This document shows, piece by piece, positions 37,501-46,020 of a stretch of DNA of 64,000 nt; within the stretch, counting starts at the first letter, position 1, and each line of letters opens with the position of its first letter. Below the pieces are notes generated by a model, which was given only the letters and a program-made list of their open reading frames with translations, was not told the DNA's origin and searched no databases. Where the stretch lies: the NCBI GenBank assembly GCA_036676985.1, contig JAKFBU010000041.1, positions 32,001 to 96,000 on the forward strand, given 5' to 3'. The DNA is from Candidatus Sericytochromatia bacterium (GTDB lineage Bacteria > Cyanobacteriota > Sericytochromatia > S15B-MN24 > UBA4093). The position numbers were made by a program, and so were the translations under genes.

Positions 37501-37798
37501 TGCGCCGGGAGGCCTCGGAGACCGACGGATCGTTTCGGACGGCCGCGGCAAGGCTCGAGGGGTCCCCGACCGTCGCTGCGCGCGCGGCGTCGGCGACCGC
37601 TTCCGGGTCCCCGCTCCGCGGGGTGAGAGCCGCCGGGTCCTTGAGGGCGGTCGCATCGGACGCCGGAGTCTCGGCCCCTTGCCGGGTCGGCGAGACGAGC
37701 GGCGTGGGCCGGAGCCATTGGCAACCCGTGAGCGCCAGCAACAGACAGAGGAAGGCTGCCACGAGGGGCCTGGCGATGCGGATCGAAGGGTGTCGCAT
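34550..37798 (-). CDS. Large surface lipoprotein: conserved N-terminal module, IPT/TIG domain and eight ~80-aa beta repeats
   Basis: Lipobox LTGC; YRIQAT; PTLTSLS...GTMITLAGRGF...VYF.G (IPT); repeated V.I.PNG...W.I.G...L..G..Y...F.V..DG. Confidence 0.85.
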   Translation of the reverse strand: MRHPSIRIARPLVAAFLCLLLALTGCQWLRPTPLVSPTRQGAETPASDATALKDPAALTPRSGDPEAVADAARAATVGDPSSLAAAVRNDPSVSEASRRKLAEQAAADAARKLGLPDQATLSRSLLADTSEPPPVPVHSVTLAGRTHLGPATAGQGYRIQATVGTVLDSATVTLLDAGGSVLASGVTDARGAFSLTVPFAPALNGHYVLESAHGKTGEVQGNAVVRLRTILRWSGSGWLSITNSTTSGSVVLNSLTTAVALLSALDPVNVPPSATIGKVVATSDPAYLNEAVTFTNHKDDEIRAMASNLLAVLDDDLDPVESVDQLTPTLTSLSSSNAAVGTMITLAGRGFVAIPSRNYVYFQGARASVYHATATRLVVGVPAGAATGKVWVTTDLGDGVLRTTGELGFTVPTTNVTINSGTFRGSWYIPGVNTWANGPETLALNRGRTYQMVINGYFDSFMFTVGSDGKVTCDGSATGGTNTLTFNTVDVAVNPNQAQQAWSISGVTNWIYGSQTVTLLKNNRGGLTVNGLYGTNGLWGLPVRFSIDAAGNVASLDGRATGGAASLGLNVANVKFVLGAYENQWVISGFTGWRKVDETLPLVKGGRYRLNLYGASYAILFDVGTDGAVTIVPAEGVARATASGGTATPTITVATRRLNVRTNGYYGNWQLSGFFSGSGDQSFVLATNNDYRVYLWPVGWVLINFGSTGTVTIKNTYGQGLNGTFSAATGATDALNFSVAKVAIKPNGVKTYLYSPYLTVAGWTETWNGQRDQIDVFALKGTSYYVYTYANYDYMWFDVKADGSVAVQSNSTGMVTASGGTATPTLTYITGDVSVNPGNKAGIWYALYMDIESEWRVGTASVKVIKNQRWAIRLYDNESWNDWVELKDTGIVVYPGAKYVSVSGGALVWSTKTVTIKPNGYIGNYRITYAGRHTSDDPEVENYTPWVKNENAFELVTSASRRVQGYFYTYGGTNRFWIETNGSVTIDPETNFATYDAGTSALTLRTRTATITPNPSSGWYLSGVTSTTTGAATVSLVYGQQYWLLYYSADTDHWRKFGTKPSDGVPDVPSFTLNNGTSYTAN

Positions 37799-37816
37799 GA
37801 TCGGTACCTGCCGTCG

Positions 37817-40453
37817 CTAGGGGCTCAGCGTGAAGCTTGCCGTGCCGTCGATGGTGAAGACGTTGGGGGCGGCGGCCCCGGTCGTCGGGTCGAGCCTGAA
37901 GAGAACCGGCTGGTCGTAATCGCTCTGGTAGAAGCGGTACTGGAGACCGGGGATGAGGGACAGCGTGGCGATCGAGCCGTAGGCCCAGTCGCAGGCACCC
38001 CAGATGTACCAGGCCCGTTGGCCCGTGAAGGATGGCGTGGTGGAGTTGTTGCTCACCGTGACGGTCGTGGTGACGGTCTTGAGCGTCAGGGTCCCGCCGG
38101 AGGCGGTATGCAACTCGCCGGCCGCCGGCGAGACGGTCCCCGCCGAGTCCACCTTGAAGTCGCTCTTCCAGCCCGAGTAGCCTGAATGGGGCCAGAAGTG
38201 ATAGGTTCGGTTGGCGATGAGGGGCAGGGTCTTCTTGCCTATCTCGGGCAGCAGGCCATAGATCTTCCAGGGATTGCTCCAGGCCTTGGGGTCGATCGTG
38301 ACGTTCTTGACGATGTACGTCAGCGTCCCCGCGCCGCCCGTGAAGGAGTCCGTCTTGCTGACCGTCACGGTGCCCGTCGATCCGATGGTGACGAGGGTGT
38401 GGAAGGTCCAGTCGCCCTCCGGCAGGAAGTAGTAGGACAGGCCCTTGACCAGGGGCACCACGGGGTCGGCCGTCTCCTGGATGGCTCGTCCGCCGATGCT
38501 GCTGATGACCCAGTCACCGGGATAGGCGTTGCGATTGACCGTCAGGTTGGCGACGTTGAACGTGAGCGTCCCCGCGCCGCCGGTGAGGGAGACCGGGTAG
38601 TTGCTCGTGACGTTGCCGCTGCCGTCGAGCGTGAAAGAGACCCAGCTCGTGGTGCCCTCGACGAAGAGCCAGTACGTGAGGCCCCGGACCAGGTTGATGG
38701 TCTGGTTGCCCTCGTACCACTTGCCCAGGATCTGGTATCGGCCGCGGAAGCGCTGGATGCCGATCCCGCCGCCGTAGCCGTTGGTGTTGACCGCGACGTT
38801 GGTGGTGGCGTAGCTGATGGTGTTGCCGGTCACGCTCAGCGAGGCATCCGAGAGCTCCACGGCCCCCGCGGCATTGATCTTGAAGTTGCGCCAGCCGAGG
38901 CCCGACAGGCCGAGCTGGTAGCTCATGTCGCGCGGCAGGTTGAGGGTCGCCTGGCCATAGAACCACTCGCGGGCGCCGTTGATGATCCAGGCGCGATCGC
39001 TGGTGCCGGCGTTCACCGTCACCGCCACGTTGTTGAGCGTCACCTTGCCCGGGGTGCCCGTCGCCGCGGTGCTGCCGAGGGCGATGGTGACGCCGTTGGC
39101 GGTGTCCAGATCGAAGGGGATGTAGCCGCTGCCGTAGATGTAGAGGCGATTGGAGTTGTTGGGGATGAGCTTGACGGTGCGCGTGCCCTCCTGCCAGTCC
39201 GTGGCGCCCCAGACATACCAGGGCCGGTAGGTCATGGTCCCCACGTCGACCGTCACGTCCACCGTCTTGAAGGTCAGGAGCTGGTTGCCGCCGGTGGCGA
39301 AGGTGTCGCCCTCGGTCTCGGGATCCGGCGTGATGACGCCCGCCGCGTCGACCGTGAACTGAAAGCGCTCGCGGGTGTTGATCTGCATCCAGTACGTGCG
39401 GTTGAGGGCCAGCGAGACCTGGCGCTTGTAGTACTGCCATGTGACCGTGCCGCCCGGGATGTGCCAGGCGCCCAGGTAGCCGTTGGGGTCGACGGTGACC
39501 ACGACCTTGCCGACGGTGAAGGGCATGCCGGCGCTCACGGCGAACTGGGTCCGCACCGTGACGTTGCCCGTGGCGGCCCCCTCCGGGATGCCGACGATGA
39601 GCCGCTGGGGGGTGGCCACGTAGACCGACGCCGTGGCGGTGTTGACGAGGACCGTGTTGCCGGCGAGGACCGGCGAGAAGCCCGTGCCGTAGATCGTGAG
39701 GAGCTCGCCGGGGTTGCCCCCGTCCATGCTCAGCGAGGTGATGGCGGGGGTGATCCCGCTGACCTGGGCCGTGGGATCCAGATCGCTCGTCAGGTAGGTG
39801 ACGAGGTTGGCGGCCAAGGCCGCGATCTCGGAGTTGGCGTGGTTGGTGAAGGCGGGATTGGCGTTGAGGACGGCCGGGGTGACGCCGGCGTTGACCTTGC
39901 CGGCCGTGTTCTCGGGCGCCACGTTGGCGGGATCGAGGGCCGACTCGAGGGCCACGGCGGTCGTGAGGGGGTTGATGACGATGGGGCCGCTCACGCTGGT
40001 GCTCGTGATGCTGTGCCAGCCGTTTCCGACCCACTTGAGGATGGTCCGAAAGCGGGCCATGGCCGTGCCCGGGGCTGCCGAGTTCAGGCTCTTGGCGACC
40101 TCCAGGACATACGTGCTGCCCGACGCCGGGATGAAGCCGTTGGGGGCCAGGTCGAAGGCCCCGGTGCCGTCGGTGACGCCGCTGGTGATGGCGTACCCGC
40201 TGTGCTCCATGAGCGTGACGGAGGACGAGGCGAGCAGGTCGCCGGTCGTGGCCGAAACCCGCATGCCGAGCGGATACTCGACGCGTCCGCGAATGGGCGA
40301 GGCGACCGCGCCCGGAGCGTCGTTGCTCGGCGCCGCGACGTGGGGCATGGCCGGCTGCGGGGCGGTCGTCGTGGGCGGGACGAAGGGCGGCCTGGGGCAT
40401 CCGACCAGCAGGAGGACCAGACAGAGCAGGGAGATGAACGGCAGGCGTCGCAT
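37817..40453 (-). CDS. Large surface lipoprotein paralog: N-terminal module, IPT/TIG domain and seven beta repeats
   Basis: Lipobox LVGC; MRVSAT; PAITSLS...GELLTIYGTGF; same repeat type as 34550-37798. Confidence 0.85.
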   Translation of the reverse strand: MRRLPFISLLCLVLLLVGCPRPPFVPPTTTAPQPAMPHVAAPSNDAPGAVASPIRGRVEYPLGMRVSATTGDLLASSSVTLMEHSGYAITSGVTDGTGAFDLAPNGFIPASGSTYVLEVAKSLNSAAPGTAMARFRTILKWVGNGWHSITSTSVSGPIVINPLTTAVALESALDPANVAPENTAGKVNAGVTPAVLNANPAFTNHANSEIAALAANLVTYLTSDLDPTAQVSGITPAITSLSMDGGNPGELLTIYGTGFSPVLAGNTVLVNTATASVYVATPQRLIVGIPEGAATGNVTVRTQFAVSAGMPFTVGKVVVTVDPNGYLGAWHIPGGTVTWQYYKRQVSLALNRTYWMQINTRERFQFTVDAAGVITPDPETEGDTFATGGNQLLTFKTVDVTVDVGTMTYRPWYVWGATDWQEGTRTVKLIPNNSNRLYIYGSGYIPFDLDTANGVTIALGSTAATGTPGKVTLNNVAVTVNAGTSDRAWIINGAREWFYGQATLNLPRDMSYQLGLSGLGWRNFKINAAGAVELSDASLSVTGNTISYATTNVAVNTNGYGGGIGIQRFRGRYQILGKWYEGNQTINLVRGLTYWLFVEGTTSWVSFTLDGSGNVTSNYPVSLTGGAGTLTFNVANLTVNRNAYPGDWVISSIGGRAIQETADPVVPLVKGLSYYFLPEGDWTFHTLVTIGSTGTVTVSKTDSFTGGAGTLTYIVKNVTIDPKAWSNPWKIYGLLPEIGKKTLPLIANRTYHFWPHSGYSGWKSDFKVDSAGTVSPAAGELHTASGGTLTLKTVTTTVTVSNNSTTPSFTGQRAWYIWGACDWAYGSIATLSLIPGLQYRFYQSDYDQPVLFRLDPTTGAAAPNVFTIDGTASFTLSP

Positions 40454-40456
40454 CGG

Positions 40457-41443
40457 CTATTGCCCCCGGTAGGTGCCGCCGATGCGGGCGAGGGCCATGA
40501 AGGCGGCAAGGTTGCTCGACCCGATCGAGTTGGTCACGTGGACGTAGCCGGTACTCGCACTGGCCGGGATCTGGACCCGCAAGGCCGTCTCGCTGGCAGT
40601 CAGGACGGTGGCGGGCAGCCCGTTGAAGTAGACGGAGTTGCTCGCCACCTCCGGCGCGAAGCGCAGGCCGTCGATGACGATCTCGGTCCCCGGCGCGCCC
40701 GAGTTGGGCGTGAGGCCTCGGATATAGGGACCGAAGGGCGTGCTGAGGGTGAAGGTGTTGGAGCCGGAGGTCCAGGAGACGCTTGCCAACGGATCGACCC
40801 CCTGCTCGACGGCGGAGTCGACGAACCTCCAGACCGCGGCGAACTCCGCCGGAGAGAGGTTTGGCACCCCGCCGAAGGTGTCGGGGGGGATCGCGGTGGT
40901 GCCGCTGGCCCCGACCGTCAGGCTCCCGAGCAGCTGGTCGGGATTGACCCGGGAGGTGCCCTTGAGGCTCGCCACGGTGCATAGGGCCGTGGTGGACTTG
41001 GAGATGACCGTGCCCCCGAGGCCCGTGATGCTCATCCAGCCGGTATCGGAGCGGTACCGGACCAGGGTACGGAGGCGGGCGGCACTCCGCCCGGCGACGT
41101 TGTTGCCGAGCCCCTTGATGGCCTCCAGGTAATACGACTGCCCCTCGATGGGTCGCCACCTGGCCAACGAGAGTGAGAAGGCGCCCTTGGCGTCCGTGAG
41201 GGTGGCGGCCACCGAGACGTTCCGGCTGGCATCGATCAGGGAGACGGTGGCCGAGCTGGCGATCTCCGAGAGGGTGGCCTGCGTCTCGTAGCCCCCCTCC
41301 TGGAAGCGTACGACCCCGTAGAGGTCCGGGACGGAATCCGCCGCCGGGCTGGCGCAACCGGCGACGATCGCAGCCGCCAGGATGCTTGCCACCCGGCTCA
41401 AGGCCGTCCTTCTGGCGATCGATCCGCCTGACGCTATGCTCAT
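40457..41443 (-). CDS. Surface lipoprotein: shared N-terminal module and IPT/TIG domain
   Basis: Lipobox VAGC; YETQAT; ATVSLID..TD.KGAF; PYIRGLTPNSGAPGTEIVIDG.RF. Confidence 0.8.
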   Translation of the reverse strand: MSIASGGSIARRTALSRVASILAAAIVAGCASPAADSVPDLYGVVRFQEGGYETQATLSEIASSATVSLIDASRNVSVAATLTDAKGAFSLSLARWRPIEGQSYYLEAIKGLGNNVAGRSAARLRTLVRYRSDTGWMSITGLGGTVISKSTTALCTVASLKGTSRVNPDQLLGSLTVGASGTTAIPPDTFGGVPNLSPAEFAAVWRFVDSAVEQGVDPLASVSWTSGSNTFTLSTPFGPYIRGLTPNSGAPGTEIVIDGLRFAPEVASNSVYFNGLPATVLTASETALRVQIPASASTGYVHVTNSIGSSNLAAFMALARIGGTYRGQ

Positions 41444-41702
41444 GGCTCTCCCCCCAAATCGGGCTTCCACCCTTCGAATAGCCACGGGCACAAATAACCA
41501 AGCAAACGAAAGGCCGTTAGGCACCATATACCCCGTAGGGGCAGAACGTTATACCTGATTACTGTTGGAAGAATCTCATCCTCGTCGCTCTACCATTCGT
41601 TCCGTTCAGGACGACGAACGATGATCGAGGGCGGGCCGCGAAGCGGCGCACGTCGTCAAGCAGGAGCCACGGTGCGGGGTGGCCGAGCCCCTTTAAACGC
41701 CG

Positions 41703-41738
41703 GGAGGCCCGGGACTTGCGTCCCGGGCCTCCGTTTTA
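41703..41738 (+). terminator. Rho-independent terminator
   Basis: GGAGGCCCGGGAC-TTGC-GTCCCGGGCCTCC followed by GTTTT. Confidence 0.75.
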
Positions 41739-41844
41739 CGCCCCTATGACTTCCATTCTAGCGTGGGAAATGCCGTCACGCCGGAATCCAGGGTCGCTGC
41801 TCGTGGCCTTGTCCCTAAGCTAGCCACCCCCTTCACGCTCGGCT

Positions 41845-42429
41845 CTAGAGCAGATACCCCCGCTTCAGGAGCATCTGCGCCCCCTTGGCGTAGCCCTCGG
41901 GGGTCTGCAGGTCGAAGCCCAGCGAATCCGCCAGGCGGTTGATGAGGTTGAAGGCCGCCATCAACTGGATGGCGTCCTCGATGGCCTCCTCACTGACCCC
42001 GGCCGCCCGGACCCGCTGGATGTCGGCGGGGCCCACCGCCTCGGGTTCGAGCGTGAGCTTCTTCACCAGCGTGAGGGTCTCCCGCAGGCCCTCGGAGATG
42101 GGAGCGTTGGTGTGGTCCGCCTGAACGGCGTCCAGGAGCGACTGACCGAGTTCGTGCGACGCGACCGCGCCGTGCGAGTCCACTCAGAAGGGGCACTGGT
42201 TCTGGCGCGACACGAAGGCCGCCATGAGTTCGCGCTCGCCGACGCTCCAGGCCGACGGACCCCGCAGGGCCCGCTGGACCCAGGCCGAGAACGGGCGCCC
42301 GAAGAACTCGGGGCGGTAGTGCAGCGTCTTGATGACGTCCGGCGCCGGCATCCCGCTGACCACCCGGATCATCGTGAAAAAGAGCTTCTTGGAGAGACCC
42401 TTGCCCTTGCGAACGGCCGTCAGCCTCAT
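41845..42429 (-). CDS. AhpD/carboxymuconolactone decarboxylase-family protein with in-frame UGA (CPFU); probable selenoprotein, 194 aa
   Basis: ORFs 42184-42429 and 41845-42183 are in frame and separated only by TGA: RELMAAFVSRQNQC-P-F-*-VDSH; C-terminal FNLINRLAD. Confidence 0.85.
42152..42177 (-). promoter_or_regulatory. Putative bacterial SECIS element
   Basis: After the UGA: 11-nt spacer, stem CGGCGC/GCGUCG with GGUC loop, and a lower stem UCG/CGA. Confidence 0.65.
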
Positions 42430-42740
42430 CGGGCCACCTCCTGGCGGCTCGCCTCCAGGGCCTTCAGGCCCGCTTCGAGGCGCCGCATGCTGGCCCCGAG
42501 CGCGGTGCTGACCGCCAACTCGAAGATCTGGTCGTCGGACAAGCGCTTGCCGAGGGCCTGCACGTCCTCGTCCGTGACCTTGTAGGCATGCTGGTCGACG
42601 GTATGGACGAAGGCGGCCACGGCCGGATCGTCAGCCTGACGCTCGTAGGCCGCACGCCGTACCTCCAAGGACAGCGCCCCCTCGGAGGCGAGCACCGCCT
42701 CCTTCAGCTGCGCCACCAGCGGCGCATAGTTCGAAGCCAT
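42426..42740 (-). CDS. CMD/AhpD-like partner protein
   Basis: HAYKVTDEDV..L...LSDDQIFEL.V..A.GA...RL; overlaps the next start (ATGA). Confidence 0.8.
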   Translation of the reverse strand: MASNYAPLVAQLKEAVLASEGALSLEVRRAAYERQADDPAVAAFVHTVDQHAYKVTDEDVQALGKRLSDDQIFELAVSTALGASMRRLEAGLKALEASRQEVAR

Positions 42741-42776
42741 TCGACACTCCCTTCTGTGTGGATGGGCTCTGCTGCG

Positions 42777-43475
42777 TTACAGATTCGAGGGCTCGACGAC
42801 GCGCACGTCATCGAGCAGGAGGCCGAGGCCCGCCTGGGTGGCGTCCGTGAGCGTCGCCTTGAAGCGCAGCTCCACGTCGCCGCCCGTGAACTCGGTGAGA
42901 TCCGCATAGCGGTGCGCTACCGAGCGCGGGTACTCGGCGTAGGTGAGCACCCCGATGGCCTTCCAGTCGCCGCCCGGGCGCCGGGCCTCGGGCTGCAGGA
43001 GCAGGGAGTCGACGGGGTTCGCCGCGCCGAGCACATCATAGGTCAGGTGAGGGCGGCTCTTGCCCACCAGGCTGATGGGGTCGTTGAGCGTCAGGTAGCG
43101 ATCGCCCTCCGCAGCCGAGAACGCCGCGCGCCCCTCCTTGCCGACCAGCATCGCAAACGCCCCGCCGCAGAAGTTGCCCTCCAGGCGCCGCCACGTGACG
43201 GCCTCAGTCGTGGGCGAGACGCTCCAGCTCGCCACCCCCGTCTCGAAGCCCTCGTGGAAGAAGGCCACGCCGAGGAGGATCTTGTCCTGCTCGACGCCCC
43301 GTGGGGTGGGCGAGGGCGTGGGCACCGAGTCGATGAGGGACGGCACGCTCTGAGACGCCGTCGGGGTGCCTCCCTGCGAAGGAAGACACCCGGCGAGCGC
43401 GATAAAGCCCAGGAGCGCGACGAGGCTAGAGGACGCCGCCGTCCTTGAGCTTCTGAATAGCGTAATCTGCGACAT
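42777..43475 (-). CDS. Lipoprotein with beta-sandwich (MAM/cleaved-adhesin-like) domain
   Basis: Lipobox LAGC; F.EGFE...W, ADL..F.G..V.LRF, LDDVRV; start uncertain because it overlaps the upstream gene. Confidence 0.65.
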   Translation of the reverse strand: MSQITLFRSSRTAASSSLVALLGFIALAGCLPSQGGTPTASQSVPSLIDSVPTPSPTPRGVEQDKILLGVAFFHEGFETGVASWSVSPTTEAVTWRRLEGNFCGGAFAMLVGKEGRAAFSAAEGDRYLTLNDPISLVGKSRPHLTYDVLGAANPVDSLLLQPEARRPGGDWKAIGVLTYAEYPRSVAHRYADLTEFTGGDVELRFKATLTDATQAGLGLLLDDVRVVEPSNL

Positions 43476-44850
43476 TCTTCCCCAGGGTCTGGCCATCGGC
43501 GTTGTCACTACGGTAATGAATACCCGCGTAGAGGCGGGACATCGCGGCCTGGTTGGCGTCGTCCATCAAGGTGCGCTTGTAGTCGTCCTTGGTGAAGACG
43601 GTCGTGAGGTAGGTCGCCGCCGCCATGGAGGCCGCCGAGTGGCCGGAGGGATACGAGGGGTGGGGCGGCGTCTGGAACGGCATCTTAGCCTGGAGGTTGC
43701 CGTCCACGTCGGCCGGACGGGGGCGCAGGACCGCGTACTTGGTGTCCCAGCACGCGATGAAGACGTCCGCCTCGATGGCCGCGAGCACGCCGAGCACCCG
43801 TGCGGCCTGGGGCGTGTTGTAATCCAGATCCATCAGGAAGCGCTTGGCCGTCTTGTTCCAGATGATGGCGGGCACGTCGAAGTTCCAGAACCGCGCCTGA
43901 TCCAGCTTCCATGCGAAGTTGGGCAGGCTGTCGACCTCGCGGTTCACCTCGGCGAGCTCGTCCTGGTATGCCGTGGACAGGGCCGACTTGACGAGCACCG
44001 AGGGCGTGGCCAGACGGAACTGGTCGCCCTTGGTCATGAGCCAGGGCTTCCAGGTGCCGGCCTTGGGCGTCATGGCGTTCGCGTGGCCCCAGCTGGTGTC
44101 CATCGCCGTGATGAGTTCGGGCGCCATGGCGTTGGCGGCCCCGTCGGCATTGGCGCGCTCGACGATCTTGGCGGCGACCGCCTCGCCGATGGCCTTGCCC
44201 GCGTCGATGTCGCTGCGGACGTTCACGCCGGCGGCCAGGCGGGTCTCGTTGGCCTTGGCGGCCTTTTCCGCGAGCTCGGCGGCCTTCTCGGGGAAGAGGT
44301 GGCTAAGGGCCGCGACGGCCGCGGCGGAGACCGCCGCGTGCTCGGACGGGTAGCTCGGGATGCCGTCATCCGCGAGCAGGGGCGAAAGAGAGCCTTCACG
44401 GGCCTTGGGCGCCGAGCGCTTGTACTCGGCCTTGGCCTTCCAGGCGGCAACCACCGCGTCGTACATGGCCACGTGCACCATGGCCTGCGCCCGAGCCGCC
44501 CGGGGCGGCACGTAGCCCGCGTCGATGAGCATCTGGTCCGCGATCTCGCTCCAGCGGATGGGGGCCGCGTAATCGTTCCAGTACTTGATGGCCTCCTTGT
44601 CGGCGTCCGTGCGCTTGGCCTGCCAGGTCTTGAGCTCCTCGAGCTCCTTCTTGGCCGCCTCGGAATCGTCCTTGGGAGGTGCCGCGGGCTTGAACGCGTC
44701 GGCATCCCCCGCCACCATCGTCTTCCAGGTCGCCGCGGACGGCTCCACCTTCAGATCGGCGCTCACGGTCGAGCTGGGACCGGGGAAACAACCCGCGCCG
44801 AGCGTGGCCGCGAGCCCGATGACCACGAAGAGACGATGTTGGCGGAGCAT
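43426..44850 (-). CDS. Vanadium haloperoxidase/PAP2-family lipoprotein with tandem domains
   Basis: Lipobox GAGC; domain 2 has KYAVLRPRP, PSYPSGH and SRLYAGIHYRSD; domain 1 has PSYPSEH and RLAAGVNVRSD. Confidence 0.87.
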   Translation of the reverse strand: MLRQHRLFVVIGLAATLGAGCFPGPSSTVSADLKVEPSAATWKTMVAGDADAFKPAAPPKDDSEAAKKELEELKTWQAKRTDADKEAIKYWNDYAAPIRWSEIADQMLIDAGYVPPRAARAQAMVHVAMYDAVVAAWKAKAEYKRSAPKAREGSLSPLLADDGIPSYPSEHAAVSAAAVAALSHLFPEKAAELAEKAAKANETRLAAGVNVRSDIDAGKAIGEAVAAKIVERANADGAANAMAPELITAMDTSWGHANAMTPKAGTWKPWLMTKGDQFRLATPSVLVKSALSTAYQDELAEVNREVDSLPNFAWKLDQARFWNFDVPAIIWNKTAKRFLMDLDYNTPQAARVLGVLAAIEADVFIACWDTKYAVLRPRPADVDGNLQAKMPFQTPPHPSYPSGHSAASMAAATYLTTVFTKDDYKRTLMDDANQAAMSRLYAGIHYRSDNADGQTLGKNVADYAIQKLKDGGVL

Positions 44851-45089
44851 TACAATTCCTCATTAAATGATGCGTGACCTAGAAGCTCTATACCCCTCGC
44901 AGGTACCAAACGTCACCACGGCGGATTGCAACTGGGTTAGCAGATTACAACGGGCGGATGTTCTTATCCCGGCGGCGGGGTGACAGCGGCACCCGAGCGT
45001 CCGATATCCGCGCGATCGCAGCGCAACGCCTCCCCCGTTCGACTTGGCGCCGGGAGAGGCGGGGATCGGATCGGCTATCGTGAGGGTCG

Positions 45090-45224
45090 CTAGGCTCGGA
45101 GGTCTTCACCGTCCGTCGGATCCAGCGAGGCCTGCTCGGCTTCGTTCGACTGATGCTCGAACAGTCGCTGGCGCGGATCGAGGCTCGAGATCCAGTGCCG
45201 GAGTTCATCGAGTTGCTTGGTCAT
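45090..45224 (-). CDS. Small protein, 44 aa (MTKQLDELRHWISSLDPRQRLFEH...)
   Basis: AAAGGAATGGGAG before the ATG; TAG stop; not in the supplied ORF track. Confidence 0.5.
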   Translation of the reverse strand: MTKQLDELRHWISSLDPRQRLFEHQSNEAEQASLDPTDGEDLRA

Positions 45225-45314
45225 CTCCCATTCCTTTGATCGATGGCCCGTTTACCTGATGATCATGTCGGCACCCGCAGCCGAAACTTTATCGAGCGGA
45301 CGATCGATCGCAAG

Positions 45315-45348
45315 AAAAAGCACCCGGTCCCCTCGTGGGACCGGGTGC
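45315..45348 (-). terminator. Rho-independent terminator on the minus strand
   Basis: 12-bp stem GCACCCGGTCCC/GGGACCGGGTGC with an A5 tract on its left. Confidence 0.8.
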
Positions 45349-45362
45349 CGGTTGCTCAAAAA

Positions 45363-45494
45363 TTAGCCGACCAGTTGATCGTCGTCAGCGCCCTTCATCC
45401 GTGCCACGTACGCCAGGTACGCGTGGGCGATCGCGATCAGGTCTTCCCCGGATTCTGCGGGGGGTTGGCTCTTGGCTTCGAGTTCGATTGCCAT
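45363..45494 (-). CDS. Small protein, 43 aa (MAIELEAKSQPPAESGEDLIAIAHAYLAYVARMKGADDDQLVG)
   Basis: TAGGAGTTG before the ATG; immediately followed by a terminator. Confidence 0.6.
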   Translation of the reverse strand: MAIELEAKSQPPAESGEDLIAIAHAYLAYVARMKGADDDQLVG

Positions 45495-45699
45495 CAACTC
45501 CTACACTCCAGCAGCACAGTGCGCTTGCCATCCGAATATTACTACGCCATTGCGCGCCCATGGTGAACGCAAAGAACGTTATGTTCTGTGAGCAAGCGCA
45601 CCTTATCAGGCCTAGAGCCTGATACTGCAAGGGTTTTCAGGATATGGTCAAATTATGTGAAGCAGGGCCTCGGCAGGCAAAGTCCCTGCCCGGAGGGCG

Positions 45700-46020
45700 T
45701 CAGGACGGGAACAGGCTGAGCTGATGCAGCCCGCTGGGCAGCGGCATTTCGAAACCGCCCGGAATCTCGGTCATCCGGCGGGCCACCTCGAGGCAGGTGT
45801 AGCACGTGGGGTCCTGGGTGGAGCGGCGGAGGCCCGTACGGCGTACGGTCGGGCTGCTGCACAGCGGCTCGCCGGCAAAGCGCTTGTAGCGGCGGTAATG
45901 CAGGTTCGTCGAGCACACGATGTGGCGCGCTGCGCGCCCCGCCCCGCGGGGCTGGGCCGTTTCGGCCACGTAGAAGTCACTCAGGCAGTTGAGGACGAGC
46001 CAAAGTTCCTCGTCGATCAC
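45700..46020 (-). CDS. 106-aa Cys/His protein ending in the beta-clamp-binding motif QLSLF
   Basis: GGAGGAGG RBS then GTG at 46020; RHIVC, PLC, TCYTC; C-terminal HQLSLFPS. Confidence 0.7.
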   Translation of the reverse strand: MIDEELWLVLNCLSDFYVAETAQPRGAGRAARHIVCSTNLHYRRYKRFAGEPLCSSPTVRRTGLRRSTQDPTCYTCLEVARRMTEIPGGFEMPLPSGLHQLSLFPS

